Origin: Ascoidea asiatica JCM 7603
Taxonomy: Eukaryota; Fungi; Ascomycota
Direction: 5' to 3'
DNA length: 64,000 bases
Assembly (NCBI GenBank): GCA_001600695.1
Contig: BCKQ01000005.1
Coordinates: forward strand, 1,045,820 to 1,109,819
Shown: positions 34,653 through 47,097 of the stretch, piece after piece
Numbering within the stretch: the first letter of the stretch is position 1
Layout: each line of letters opens with the position of its first letter
Program-made: the position numbers and the translations under genes
Notes under the pieces: model-generated
What the model was told of the DNA's origin: nothing
Seen by the model: only the letters and a program-made list of their open reading frames with translations
The model's database searches: none

Positions 34653-34955
34653 TTTAAAATAAAACAATGTACTTTTTTTTCAAATCGAGACTCTTTTATT
34701 TTTCGATTTAACCTGCATTTCTAAGGCTACCTTTTTCTTTTTCACTTGCTTTTTTTATTCGTCTTTAATTAAATTTCTTTTTTTCACTCAATTCTCAGGG
34801 TATATTTCAACACCCTTTATATTCAACTTTTTTTTATCATCTTTTTTTTTTTCAAAAAAATGAAACTATTAATCTAAATTTCAAAGTTTTCACTTTAATC
34901 TATAATTTAATTACTAATTTGCCGAAATTGCATAGACTATTAATAAGCATTTTAA

Positions 34956-37307
34956 TTATCGCCTTCTAAAATTATTCATCAAATCAAGTATAGAATTTTG
35001 ACTACTACCATCCTTATCTTTATTTGTCTTTCTTGCCCTACTTACTCCAACTTTTCTACCTCTAGTACTAGCTTTGGTTGCTCTAGGTCTTCCACGAGTT
35101 TTACTAATTTGTCTAGGCGGAGGTGCTGAAATCTCTTCCATATCAATATCATTATCACTCATAGCCCCAACGGAAGCAGAGTCCGAATCCGAAATTACAA
35201 TCTCCTCTACTGCCTTGGCTTTTTTCTTTCTTGATGGCAATTTCCTTACTGGCTTTATTGGTGGTGAATCATCATCTGCTTCTTCTTCGCTATCTATGTT
35301 ATAGCTGGCAGGTCTAGAAACATTTCTAGATTTGATTTTATTTCTGATTGAAGCCTGTTCTTGAGGTTTGGTAACCTGGCTTAATATGTCATCCATACCA
35401 TCATCAAAAGGATCTTCATCTTCATCTTCTTCTTCAAATCCAGTAGTTGCAGGCCCAGAATTGTTATTACCATTTCTCTTTCCCACTAAACTCGATTCAT
35501 TAGTTATTTTTGATTGACGTGGCATCCTTGCAAGCTTTTGAACTGGAACATTTGCTGATCCTCGATCAAGCCTATTATTAAATTCATCACCCAATATCGG
35601 TGTTATTGATTTACTTGAGGTCGATTTTCTATTGGTAGTTCTCGATTCAGAATCATTTTCATGCTCATCACTTGACGATAAAATCACATCTTGACTCTTT
35701 TTTTTTCTTTTCGTACTGGAAAATGCTTGTCTTTTTTTCTCATCTTTTAGTTCTTGAACAATATCCATATTTTCATTTATTTCAATATTTGATTTTAATA
35801 ATATTTTAAGATCATTAGATAATTCATTGTCAATAAAATCCTTTAAAGCCTGTTTATCTTCCTTTTCGACAAAATTTCTAACTGCGTTATGAATTCCTGT
35901 TTCTGGAAGCAATTCCAATTCTGCATGCTCTAAAAAGTTATTAACAAGAGTTTGAACTTCAAGCTTAGTTATCATTTCATGATCTGATCTTTCCTCTTCA
36001 TCAAAGTTTCCACCATTTTTTTTTTGATTTGTAGATGTATATGTCTTTTTTTTATAAAATTGAACAACATTATTTATGTTTGCAACTTTTCCTACAAATC
36101 TGTTACTGAATCTTCTTGGGTTTTCAACTTCATATCCACCTCCATAATCAACTCGTAGTCTTATTAGAGGTAATGTAATTCTAGATTCAATTCTTTTCTT
36201 TTTCTCTTCTTCTGTTATATCATCTTCATCATCTCCAAAAAGCTCAGGATTCTCTTCTTTATACATTTCTTTAGCCTTTTCAATTAGGTCTTCTGTTTTT
36301 TCAATCAAAAATGATGTTATTTCAGACCTTGTGCTTGGCCCCGGAAGAATTCCAGAATTTTTTAAAGAAATTTCATCAATTACAAAAGGTCGCAAAGATT
36401 TCAATTTGATTGGTTCTAAACTGTAATCCAAGCCTTTAATAGACAATATAAAAACATGTTTACTCACAAATTCACCCTCACAAAGAGATGTCGCCACCGA
36501 TGATCCTGGTTGTAATGTATTAAATCCAGTTTGAGTATTTGTAACAGTATATGGAATGCATTCATGTTCATGGCCCCATATTACAAGATTCAAAAAATTT
36601 GGCAAAAACTCTTCAGGAAGATAATTAGTATTATTTCTTATGATGTGATTTTGATGAACGCACATCAAATTAAACCATTCATCTTTTCTTTCTCCAGCTC
36701 TTAAAAATTTAACACCACCGTCTCGGAAAGTTCTAAATAATCTTTCATCTCTAACACTTGCCATTCCATATAAAGATAATTTTGTAATTCCTTTTTGAAA
36801 TAATACTGGATATATTGTAATTTTATCACTTTCCCTGACTTTTCCAAAATGATTAAGGTAACCAGAAACAGATAATACATCCATTGGAGATAATAATCCA
36901 TCACCACTAACATCATCATGATTACCACTAATTGCAAAGATTGGAATTGAGATATTTAAGTTTGGATCTTCGTAATTAACTATATTAATACCATCATCTA
37001 AAAATAAACTTGGATCACTTAGTAATTCTATTTCACAAGGTTTATCTCCAAAACAATTCATTCTAATCGATTTCATAACTTGAAATAATGATTTCTTTGA
37101 AGGTTTATTAACATGAAATAAGTCACCGGATTGCAAAACCATATCCACATCTTTATTTTTGGCAATAGTTAAAATTTCATCAAAGGTTTTGGAGGCATCA
37201 TTTCCTGTTATAGGATCGTTTTCATTGTAGCCAACATGGTTATCTGTTGTTATTAAAATTCTTAGCGTGTCTTCAGAGGGTTCAATGAGCTCAGAAACCT
37301 GTGGCAT
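34956..37307 (-). CDS. MRE11: DSB repair nuclease Mre11
   Basis: Phosphoesterase motifs TDNHVG, GDLFH, SGNHDD, VHQN and WGHEH. Confidence 0.97.
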   Translation of the reverse strand: MPQVSELIEPSEDTLRILITTDNHVGYNENDPITGNDASKTFDEILTIAKNKDVDMVLQSGDLFHVNKPSKKSLFQVMKSIRMNCFGDKPCEIELLSDPSLFLDDGINIVNYEDPNLNISIPIFAISGNHDDVSGDGLLSPMDVLSVSGYLNHFGKVRESDKITIYPVLFQKGITKLSLYGMASVRDERLFRTFRDGGVKFLRAGERKDEWFNLMCVHQNHIIRNNTNYLPEEFLPNFLNLVIWGHEHECIPYTVTNTQTGFNTLQPGSSVATSLCEGEFVSKHVFILSIKGLDYSLEPIKLKSLRPFVIDEISLKNSGILPGPSTRSEITSFLIEKTEDLIEKAKEMYKEENPELFGDDEDDITEEEKKKRIESRITLPLIRLRVDYGGGYEVENPRRFSNRFVGKVANINNVVQFYKKKTYTSTNQKKNGGNFDEEERSDHEMITKLEVQTLVNNFLEHAELELLPETGIHNAVRNFVEKEDKQALKDFIDNELSNDLKILLKSNIEINENMDIVQELKDEKKRQAFSSTKRKKKSQDVILSSSDEHENDSESRTTNRKSTSSKSITPILGDEFNNRLDRGSANVPVQKLARMPRQSKITNESSLVGKRNGNNNSGPATTGFEEEDEDEDPFDDGMDDILSQVTKPQEQASIRNKIKSRNVSRPASYNIDSEEEADDDSPPIKPVRKLPSRKKKAKAVEEIVISDSDSASVGAMSDNDIDMEEISAPPPRQISKTRGRPRATKASTRGRKVGVSRARKTNKDKDGSSQNSILDLMNNFRRR

Positions 37308-37681
37308 TCTTATTATATATTATTTATACAATTGTAAAAATATACTAAAATTTAATAGAATATTTGGATATCAAAAGATTGAAAAATAAATGATTTCTAA
37401 AATTTCAATATTTATGTTTTTATGTTTTTCTGTTCCGCTATTCAAGACTTCAAAACTAAGTTTTTTCAGTATGAAATCTTAACCCTAACCCAGAAGCTCA
37501 AATATTTCAACTTCAAAAAAATATTAACTCTATCTGAAAAAATATAAAATAAAGAATAATTTACTAGTTCTTTTTGCAATGCCACTTATCCTACAGATTA
37601 ATAAATATCTTTATTCATTGAAATTTTTAGATTATATATTACACAGATCAATAATTTAGTTTGACAACAAGTACACTGATT

Positions 37682-39400
37682 TCAAAACCTGAAATTATTT
37701 TCATATTTTTTATCTCTATCCTGTCTTCGTTTTTTATTTGACCGAGAGTTTTCATTTCTTTCATCATTAGGTTGCTGCTGTTGTTGGGAGTTAGATCTAT
37801 TTGAATACTTATAAGTATGAGTTCCTTTTCTACTATCAGCCGATTTTTCTTCTTCCAACACTTCGTATAATCTTTTAGGTCTATTATCATTATCATTGAG
37901 CACTTTTCCAACATTTGGTTTGTATGGTAAATCATCATCCACAGATTGTGATCCTCCATATTCTGTAATTTTTATCGCGTCAGGATCATTAATTCCAAAA
38001 TTTTCAGGGTTTTCGGTCTCTGAAAGATCTTCGTCATTTTCATCATTTTCTTCTTCTTCATCTTCTTCCTCTTCTACTTCTTCTTCTGGTTGAATTTCAC
38101 CCCAATATTTAGATATTATAGGAACCAATAGATTATCTTCTGAATTATTAATCTCCTGCAATTGTGTTTCATTATAATTGTTATTATTATTGTTATTAAT
38201 ATTGCTATTAATATTGCTATTATTATTGTAATTGAAATTATAGTTTAAGTTTTCATATTGAATATTTGGGTAACTTGGAGGAGGGCCATATTGTTGCATG
38301 TTTGCAATAAAATTAGGATAAACTTCTGGTATACCTAAAGCATGATATAATCTTTTTGAAAATTTTCCAGGTCTGAATTTACTAACATCAATAGCATCAT
38401 TTTCTCTATTTTCATAATATAAATCACCAAATTCTAATAGCTTTGGTTTTTTCTGAAATTTGAAAAATGCATCATGTAATTTTTGATAATCTAAATCAAT
38501 TTTATTCATTTTTGGTTGAACTTTTTCTCTTGTTCTTTGTTTTAAAGTTGATTCATTTTCTAAGTTTGTAGTATCTCTCATATTTTCAATACCAGTATCT
38601 TTGATAAAATCAGGTAATTCAAATTGTTTTTTTTCAATACCTCTTTTCATGGATAAATATTCTCTTTTGAATTGCCAATGAGAAGGAATAGGTACTACAT
38701 TTCTTGAACATTTTAAAAAAATTAATAATTTTGGATCGGGTGCATCAGCATCAAACCATTCAATTAGTTCTGGTTTAGCGGCTTCTGATTTCAAAACAGC
38801 TAGTGGGATTTTATTTTTATTTTTAATTTCCTTTTTAGTTAATTTATTTTCATTATTTTTATTTTTAACCAATTTCTTAGATTTGGAATTAGATTCTTTT
38901 GATTCTGAATCTGAATTTGAGTCAAAATCTGTTTTTAAAAATTGGTTTTTATTTTTATCTGATTTGTTATTTATAAAATTTTCTTTTTTATTATGATTTC
39001 CAGTTTCATTACCATGATCATCATTAATATCATCATTATCATTGATATTGTTATCACTATCACTATAATATATATCTTCTTTATTTTCCTCATCAGTGAT
39101 ATTATTATGTTCATCTTCTTCCGTATAAAATCTATTTATAACAGATTTGAATACTTCAAAGCCAGGTAAATTTAAATAATCTTCGATATTATCTTGTAAT
39201 AGATTTAAATCATTTTTATTATTTATATCATTTTGTGAGGTTTCAATATAAGATTCCTTAGATGTTTCTTCGCTTTTAACATTTATATCATCTTTGATAT
39301 TTCCTTTGTTATTTTCTTCGATATTCTCTTTATTTGTGAGTAATTTCTTGAGTTTTGCCCTTTCTCTTCTCAATTGATTTTTTGATTTTTTTGCTTTCAT
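37682..39400 (-). CDS. CUS1: U2 snRNP SF3b subunit Cus1/SF3B2
   Basis: Motifs KPELIEWFD, VPIPSHWQFKREYL, DYQKLHDAFFKFQ and QYGPPPSYP, with C-terminal FRF. First ATG at 39400. Confidence 0.9.
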   Translation of the reverse strand: MKAKKSKNQLRRERAKLKKLLTNKENIEENNKGNIKDDINVKSEETSKESYIETSQNDINNKNDLNLLQDNIEDYLNLPGFEVFKSVINRFYTEEDEHNNITDEENKEDIYYSDSDNNINDNDDINDDHGNETGNHNKKENFINNKSDKNKNQFLKTDFDSNSDSESKESNSKSKKLVKNKNNENKLTKKEIKNKNKIPLAVLKSEAAKPELIEWFDADAPDPKLLIFLKCSRNVVPIPSHWQFKREYLSMKRGIEKKQFELPDFIKDTGIENMRDTTNLENESTLKQRTREKVQPKMNKIDLDYQKLHDAFFKFQKKPKLLEFGDLYYENRENDAIDVSKFRPGKFSKRLYHALGIPEVYPNFIANMQQYGPPPSYPNIQYENLNYNFNYNNNSNINSNINNNNNNNYNETQLQEINNSEDNLLVPIISKYWGEIQPEEEVEEEEDEEEENDENDEDLSETENPENFGINDPDAIKITEYGGSQSVDDDLPYKPNVGKVLNDNDNRPKRLYEVLEEEKSADSRKGTHTYKYSNRSNSQQQQQPNDERNENSRSNKKRRQDRDKKYENNFRF

Positions 39401-40021
39401 GATTAATTTATTTATAATTGATAAGTTCACAATTGATTATCAAATTACACAAGTGATGTCCAAATTATAATACGGTATATTTTAATCAAATAAATTATTC
39501 AAAGAATAAAAATTTGCTTCAATGAAAAGATTCAATAATCTTTCGAAGATTTTATATTATAGATTGATTAAAAAAATTATTTAAAGAGTTTAATAAAAGG
39601 TATGCGGAAATAATAACAAAAAAAAAACCGGCAAAATAAAGCAAGAACGATAATGCGGAAACGGGAAAACAGATAACTGACTACGTAATAAACAGTAGAA
39701 AAAAAGAAATAAAGAACTGAAGAAGATCCAAATAGAGTTGATTTAATTCCTATTTTTCATTATAAATTTTTGATTTTGCAAACTAGTTTGAAATAGTTTT
39801 CTTGTAAAACCTCATGCATTTATGTTATTTTCAAGATAATCCATTTTAATTGTTACAGCAAATGGTCGATTAATTTTTTTATCCGACTAATTGGTAAGAT
39901 CTGATACTGATCCATTGGACAAAGAAGATTTAGCAGTTATAAACGAAGAAGAAGAGGAAGAAAATTTTGTTTGATATGCATTTGGATATGGAAAAGTAGC
40001 TAAATTTCCTAAAACTGAATG

Positions 40022-40460
40022 CTATGTGGAATCAGTTGTAATTGATGTTGTCGGCAATGCTGCTGTCGATGCCGTTGCTGACACAGGTACTGAGTTTGTC
40101 AAAGGAGAAGTAACAACAGGAGAATTTACTGACTCGATATTCCTTATTCTAGTTTCCATAGTGGATAATTTTTTAGAAATACTTCCAATTTTTTGATCCA
40201 TTTCTTTATCGGATTCTTGTACTTTCTCCAACTAAAATAATTAAACAAAAAATACAGATTAGTAGATATTTTTTTGCAAACTAGCGAAATAACTCTTTCA
40301 ATTTACTTATACATACTAGATTTCCTAGTAGAGACTCAAGATCAGTTGCAACTTCGAATATGGATACTGGCTTTTTCGAAGCTGAAGATAGTTGATTGTT
40401 TGAAGGCTTGTGATGTAACGGCTCATTTGTAAAACTTTCTTTTGAGGGAGAGTCACTCAT
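40022..40460 (-). CDS. HSBP1-like small coiled-coil protein; 2 exons (40460-40317, 40231-40022), 117 aa
   Basis: ATG at 40460 starts a 48-codon exon ending at GTATGT (40316). Branch TACTAAT at ~40264-40258 and TAG at 40234-40232. The spliced core IFEVATDLESLLGNLLEKVQESDKEMDQKIGSISKKLSTMETRI aligns without gaps to the recalled HSBP1 heptad pattern. Confidence 0.65.
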
Positions 40461-40869
40461 TGTGATTGAGATGGTATATATATTTTACTTATTATTTCTT
40501 TCTTGATATCTTAACGATAGCAATTTGAAAACTTGCAATTTATTGTAGATTTAATTTGGCGGTTCTTCTGTTATTGTAGACCAAATGACTTTTATGATTG
40601 TCTGTCTGTCTCAATGACTGGTAATATAAAATTAAAGACTGAGCTCTGGGACAATTGACAATTGGAGCAGCGATCAGACGTTCTTACGTAATATGTTTTG
40701 TAAGTTAACATGCTCTTTGAAGTGTACCACAAAACCGGTCTCTGAGTAGGTACCACTTTTGCAAAAAATCGAAAATAAAGGTGAAACTCTCAGAAAATCA
40801 TAATCAGAAGATGAAAAAAATTCAATTAATGGGTAAGGTTTGCAAAGATAATTGATCCTTTGGACTAAA

Positions 40870-41499
40870 ATGTCTGGAATAATAAAAACCTCCAAAGCAA
40901 TAGTGACCCAGAAATATACTGTGATAACGGACGTATCTCCATTTACAATCTCATTAGCTTACCTAAACTCTCTACCTTCTTTGTATCCTATATCTAGCTC
41001 AAATCCAGAGAAAATAAAGCTACTTGCAATTTACAGAAGATTCACTAGGTTAAAGTCTTTCATATCCACAAGAAGTGACATCAAGCAAACTTATCAAAGA
41101 ATTTTAAAAGCCAAATTCAAAAATCTTAAACTCACTGATTTGAATCATGGTACTGATTTAGATTCATATATTATCATATTAAAAACTTTAAAATTCCTTC
41201 AAAATGCTGTAAGTGAAAATTCAATTGACTCCAAAAATTATAATTTAAATTTTGAAAGACAAATTATAAATAATTATTTGAAAAATTGGTATAGTAAAGA
41301 ATTCAAAATCAAATCAGATTTACTTGATGATAACCATATATCTTCTTCGTTGAATAATTTTTCAAATAATGATCAGTATAATACTCAAAATGATAAAACG
41401 TTTAGCAAAAAATCAAAAAAACTGAAACTGAAGGATGATGATATAAGTTTTGAACAGTGTATTTCTTTACTAAACTCCTCAATTGGAACATGTCTATAA
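40870..41499 (+). CDS. IRC19: Irc19-like protein
   Basis: IKTSKAIVTQKYTVI and IYRRFTRLKSFIS...TY...KF resemble yeast Irc19. ATG at 40870. Confidence 0.75.
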   Translation: MSGIIKTSKAIVTQKYTVITDVSPFTISLAYLNSLPSLYPISSSNPEKIKLLAIYRRFTRLKSFISTRSDIKQTYQRILKAKFKNLKLTDLNHGTDLDSYIIILKTLKFLQNAVSENSIDSKNYNLNFERQIINNYLKNWYSKEFKIKSDLLDDNHISSSLNNFSNNDQYNTQNDKTFSKKSKKLKLKDDDISFEQCISLLNSSIGTCL

Positions 41500-41793
41500 T
41501 ATTCATTTTCTTTGCTTTCATTCTGTTCCTATCTATTTTACTTTAAGTCCGATTAATATTTGTATAATACTTTAATAAATAAAATAAAAGAAAAAAAATT
41601 CTAAAATTCTAACGTAAAATTATCAATAAATGAGTTTAATAAATAAATAAATATAGAAATAAAAAAAATATGAAATAATTAATATAAAAACAAGCTCTTT
41701 GAAAAGTATTCGTAAATTTTATAAAAATTAATAAAAATAAGAAAAACTAAAAATCAAAAAATAAATACAAAAAAAATGTTCAAAAAGCGTATT

Positions 41794-44700
41794 TTAAAAT
41801 CCTGGAGTCATAATATCATCATTTTCTCTTCTTAATAATCCTCTACCACTAAGAATATCTCCAATTTGATTAAATTGTTCCCACCAATCATTTTTGTGAG
41901 TTCTTTTCTCAAAATCTGTTACTGATAAAAGATCATTAATTGGTGTAAATTTTATTTCACTACCAATAATTCCAATAACACATGAACTATCTTCAATATT
42001 GTCGATAGTTGGTTTTTTAACTCCATTAACATATTGAAATCTTAAATTTGGATCTGTACCATCTCCAAATGCATTCTCTCTTTTATTAACTTTATCATTC
42101 CATGCTTCAATATATTTAACTGCACGTACACCAAATCTTGTAGAATTAATTCTATCCATAGATGATGGTACTTTTCCTTGTTGAACATGTCCAGGAATTG
42201 CACATCTTGATTCAAATGATCCATCTGCTGTTTCCATAATAATATTTGAAATTAATTCAGTTGTAAAAATTTTTGAACATTTTTCATTTCTAATTAAAAT
42301 TTTACCAGCTCTATTTTCTCCTTTATCTTTTTTATAATTAATTTTCAATAATTCAAGATCTTCTTGAATTGATCTTAAATTAACTGTTTTTTCAGGTAAA
42401 TAAACTGCCAATGCACCAGTAACTAATCCAGCATAACTTGCAACATATCCACAATATCCTCCTTGAACTTCAACCACGAATACTCTTCTTCTTGAAGCAG
42501 AAGCTGATTGTTTAATTGCATCACAATATGTAATTAAAGAATTTAAACATGTATCATTACCTAAAGAATATTCAGTACCTGGAACATTATTTGAAACTGT
42601 TGAAGGAATGACTAATATTGGTATATTAAATGAAGGATATTGACTTCTATGGTCATTTAATTCTTTTAATGAAGAAAAAGCTTCAAATCCACCAATAATT
42701 ATTAAACCGTCAATTTTAAATTTTTGTAAATAATATGCAACAGTACCATAATCTTCTGAAGGTAATGAACGATTTGTACCAATAACTGAACCACCACGAT
42801 TATGCCAATCTTCAACATTAATCCAATTTAATTCAGTCATTGTACCATGTCTAATTAAACCAGAAAATCCATTTTTAATTGCAAAAATTTTATGACCTCT
42901 TGATAAAGAGTATAAAGTTATTGCTCTTGTTGAAGAATTTAAAGCAGAAGTTGGGGCACCAACATGAATAATAGCAATATTTAATTGTTTTTCCTTTGGT
43001 AAAATTGCAGAACCATCATCATGAATTGAAGTTGCAATAAAATTATTATATGAATCACCAAATTCAGTATCTCTTAAAGACATTGCTTTATCAAATTGTT
43101 TACTATTAATAGCAGTTGCAACAGATTTTGTTAATTTAACAGCTTCAACTAATGGTCTTCTAATGATTTTATTTTCTAAAATTCCAATCATTGGAGATGG
43201 AGTTCCTGGAGTCATTTCTAGAATTGCTTTAACAGCTTCAACACCTTGCATTGTAGCTAACATTCTATCAAAAGCAACAGGAGAACCACCTCTTTGAACA
43301 TGACCTAAAGTTGTAATTCTTGTATCAAGACCTAATTCAACTAAAGTATTTTTAACTTCTTCAGAAGTTATTGGATTTAATTGATTATCAATTGCACCTT
43401 CACTTACAATTACAGTTGTTTTTCTTCTACCTTTATCTCTATGTCTTTGACAAATTTCTTTTAAATCATTTTTCCAATTTCTTGAATCTGGTGGTCTTTC
43501 AGGTATAAAAATAAAATCAGCACCAGTTGCAATACCAGCCATTAAACCTAACCAACCACAATGTCTACCCATAACTTCAACAACAAAAGCTCTTGAATGA
43601 GAATTTGCAGTTGCATCAATATAATCAACCATTTCACAAATTCTTTCTAAAGAAGAATAAGCACCAATTGTTGAATCAGTACTTGACATATCATTATCAA
43701 TTGAACCAACTAAACCAACAATTTTTAAATTTGTAAAAGGAGAAACTTCATTTAAAGTTAATAAATTATTCATAACTAATTCTTCACATAAATTTGGCCA
43801 TTCACTTCTAAATAAATCAGCACCAGTTAAAGAACCATCACCACCACAAACAATTAAAGAATCAATACCATTAATTATCATATTAAAACAAGCTTTTAAT
43901 CTACCTTCCCTAGTTCTAAAAGAATTTGATCTTGCAGTACCAATTAAAGTACCACCAGAAGATATAAAACCTCTAACATCATTCCAATTCATTTTTTTAA
44001 TAAATTCATCACCATTAACTAAACCTTCATAACCTTCATAAATTGCATAAACATCACAATTGAAATAAATTCCAGATCTTACAACAGATCTTACAACAGC
44101 ATTCATACCTTGAGAATCTCCACCAGAAGTCATTATTGCAATTTTTTTTTTTTTAAAAGAAGTATTTAATTTAAAAGCACTTTCAAATTCAAAATTGAAA
44201 TCTGAATTTGAACTATTATTATTATTATTATTACTATTTAAATAATTGAAATTAGTAAAACCATTATATGAAGAAGGTAATCTTCTATGATTTGCAGTAT
44301 TTAATTGATTTAATTCATTATCAATTGAATTAGTTATAGTTGAAGTGAAATTAAAGTAAATTGAATTATTCAAAGGATCTAAAGTTTTAAAATAATAAGA
44401 ATCATTTGAAAATTTCAGATCATTAAATATATCATCATTGATATCATCATCTTCTTCTTCTTCTTCGTCACTATTACTATTATTATTAGATGATGATTTT
44501 TTATTATTTTCAAAAATTTTAAATTTATTTTTTATTAATAAATCTTTAACAAGTAATAAATTTTCTTTATTCAGATGTAAAAAAAAAGAACTATTATTAT
44601 TTTTATTTAATTTATTAATAAGATTTTTATGAATTGATAATCTAATTTTAATTGCAGAACCATTATGAATTTTATTATGATCTTTATCTCTATTTAAAAT

Positions 44701-44916
44701 TGAAGAAAAACATTCTAACCAAGATTCTTTAATTGAATCATCAGAAATTCCAATAATATTATTTGAGTTATTATTTAAATTATTAATTGAATCTTTTGAG
44801 AAATTTCTTGTAATTTGATAACCAATTAATCTATAAAAGAAAATTAAATTTTCATAAACTTCTAAATCATTTGTAACTAAAGATATATATGAAATATCAT
44901 TAATTAGTTTTGACAT
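41794..44916 (-). CDS. PFK1: 6-phosphofructokinase alpha subunit
   Basis: Motifs KKIAIMTSGGDSQGMN, GGDGSLTGA, VMGRHCG and GHVQRGG; duplicated PFK domains; alpha-type N-terminal domain. Confidence 0.92.
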   Translation of the reverse strand: MSKLINDISYISLVTNDLEVYENLIFFYRLIGYQITRNFSKDSINNLNNNSNNIIGISDDSIKESWLECFSSILNRDKDHNKIHNGSAIKIRLSIHKNLINKLNKNNNSSFFLHLNKENLLLVKDLLIKNKFKIFENNKKSSSNNNSNSDEEEEEDDDINDDIFNDLKFSNDSYYFKTLDPLNNSIYFNFTSTITNSIDNELNQLNTANHRRLPSSYNGFTNFNYLNSNNNNNNSSNSDFNFEFESAFKLNTSFKKKKIAIMTSGGDSQGMNAVVRSVVRSGIYFNCDVYAIYEGYEGLVNGDEFIKKMNWNDVRGFISSGGTLIGTARSNSFRTREGRLKACFNMIINGIDSLIVCGGDGSLTGADLFRSEWPNLCEELVMNNLLTLNEVSPFTNLKIVGLVGSIDNDMSSTDSTIGAYSSLERICEMVDYIDATANSHSRAFVVEVMGRHCGWLGLMAGIATGADFIFIPERPPDSRNWKNDLKEICQRHRDKGRRKTTVIVSEGAIDNQLNPITSEEVKNTLVELGLDTRITTLGHVQRGGSPVAFDRMLATMQGVEAVKAILEMTPGTPSPMIGILENKIIRRPLVEAVKLTKSVATAINSKQFDKAMSLRDTEFGDSYNNFIATSIHDDGSAILPKEKQLNIAIIHVGAPTSALNSSTRAITLYSLSRGHKIFAIKNGFSGLIRHGTMTELNWINVEDWHNRGGSVIGTNRSLPSEDYGTVAYYLQKFKIDGLIIIGGFEAFSSLKELNDHRSQYPSFNIPILVIPSTVSNNVPGTEYSLGNDTCLNSLITYCDAIKQSASASRRRVFVVEVQGGYCGYVASYAGLVTGALAVYLPEKTVNLRSIQEDLELLKINYKKDKGENRAGKILIRNEKCSKIFTTELISNIIMETADGSFESRCAIPGHVQQGKVPSSMDRINSTRFGVRAVKYIEAWNDKVNKRENAFGDGTDPNLRFQYVNGVKKPTIDNIEDSSCVIGIIGSEIKFTPINDLLSVTDFEKRTHKNDWWEQFNQIGDILSGRGLLRRENDDIMTPGF

Positions 44917-47080
44917 TATGACTTTTATTTCTTATTTCTTATTCTTATTTTTATTTTTATTATTCTTATTATTCTTGTTATTAATTGAGGATCTGAGAGT
45001 GAAAAAAAAAATAAAAAAGTAATAAGCTTGAATAAATAAAGAATAGTTTTTAATTGATTTTAATTGAATATAATTAAAGATATTCAATTGATAATAATGA
45101 AAATAATGATAATAATTGATATGATGAGTTTTGACATTAATAATGTACCGGTAATAGTATTAGGTATTTAAGTTGTAAAAGGTAGTTAATAGACAACGGA
45201 GTGTATTTAGCAGACTATATACTATTTATTTCAGTAACGTAATAATTATTTTCATAGTTAATTGGAGGCGATAAGAGTTCAGGTGATGGATAAGTTGAGC
45301 ACGATTCAGGGCCTTGAAGGACTGAAGGCCTTTGTTAAATGAAGAAATGAAGAGGAGGTGGTATTTAGCACTGGCGAAAGTCATGGGTCAAGCCATCATC
45401 AGGTAGCAAGGTAGCTGAAGAACGTTTTTCGGACTACAGAAGCTACAGCAGGCTGGTAATGGATTGCTGGAGGGTGTCCCTAGACAAAGCAAGGAGTGTC
45501 CCGTGGGTCGGATGATGAACAAGAAGCTGAAGAAGCTGTGAAGCTGCAAAGCTGTTTGTTTGTTTGTTTGTGAGCGTGGGTTGGTTTCGTGATGAGGATC
45601 CATAGCACTGGTTTCATTGGAACTGGCTGGCTGGAAGGTGATGAGCTAATAATAATGCACTTTAACAGCTTACTAAATATATTGATATAAATAATGAATA
45701 ATCCACTCAAAAAGTAAAAGAAAATCAATTTCTTAAACAAGGTAATTACTGAAAATATGAGAGAATTATGTCTTACAATGTTTATATTTTTAATTAATCA
45801 ATATTCTCTACTATTACAACAGATAATTAGTGAAATATCTTTTTGACTTGGAAATTGTGGATCATATTTTATAACTTAATAGTAAAATTGAGTAAAAGAG
45901 GGAAAAAAAAATGAAAAAATTGAATCCAAGTTTATGGAAGTCCTTTATTGAATACTATTAGATCCATGTATATGGTATTATTATTATGTAAAACTATTAA
46001 AGGCATTCTATTTAATGAAATAAAAAATGTGACTTTTAATGATTTTAATGACTTGGAAACCAATATTATGGAATAAAAGTGATCAATATTTTTCAAACTG
46101 AAGATTATTACTTTTTTAGAGAAAAATATTAATGTTTTTCCATAGAATAACAAAAAATGATCAAATTCATTTATAAATTATGATTTATACTTTGAGAAAA
46201 AAAAAAAAAAAAAAACACACATTTAAAATTTGAAAAGTGAATAAATGTTTAGGAATCCGGATTAATTCACTGTAATAAAGTTTATTTACCCAACCAATAG
46301 GAATAGAATATCATGAAAATCACGGAAAAACACCACTTTTTTTCAATGACAGAGGAATAATCAAGGATCATTAGGAGTAATCAAGGGCCATTAGGAATAA
46401 TTAGATTTTAAATTTTAGCTTTGTGGTGTCGTTTCTTTATTTTTTTTTGTTATGATCCGATTTTGATTAAAGAAATTGACAGTTGAGGTTTTTCCGTTAA
46501 AGTTATTTCCACATTGATTTTATGAATAAATGGTGTTATTAAAAGTCAGTTACTTTGAAAATTACGTATTGGAACTTCTTTGTTGAATATAATTAATTGC
46601 ATTTTTTACAATTTTAAAACCTCAGCACCGGTTTTTTAGTAAGGCATGTTGAAATATTTATTAGTTACAAGTGTTATCTTTACTGCTAGTAGAAATACTG
46701 TAGAAATCATTTTTAACTAATGTTATCATTAGTTAACATTAGTTAACTTTTGGCATGTTTTGCTACAGCAATACGGAACCCATAGAATGAAAATGGCACA
46801 GTAACTCAACCCACTAGTACATAATTTTTCAGACTAAGAATTTATTGTCCCTTGTCTTGAATATTTGCACTTGGCGATAAGAATTACAATTCAGCCTTGG
46901 TCAAATGATAATTGAACGATAATTGTAGTAATTGAATGATAATTGAATGTTTTTTTTTATCTTTCAAACCACATGGCTAGAATTTACTAATATTTAGTAA
47001 TATTTATTTTATATCAATTGATTATCAAAAATATCGATCAAAAATTACTTCATTCTATTTTTGTTGTCATAGTAAGTTCT

Positions 47081-47097
47081 CGGTCTCTACTTATCCG
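47081..47097. promoter_or_regulatory. Gal4-type site CGG-N11-CCG in the PFK1/TYE7 intergenic region
   Basis: CGG TCTCTACTTAT CCG, with an exact 11-nt spacer. Confidence 0.55.

Noticed and set aside
37481-37491. AACCCTAACCC as an interstitial telomere
   Set aside because: Fewer than 2 repeats; at most a Tbf1-type promoter site for MRE11
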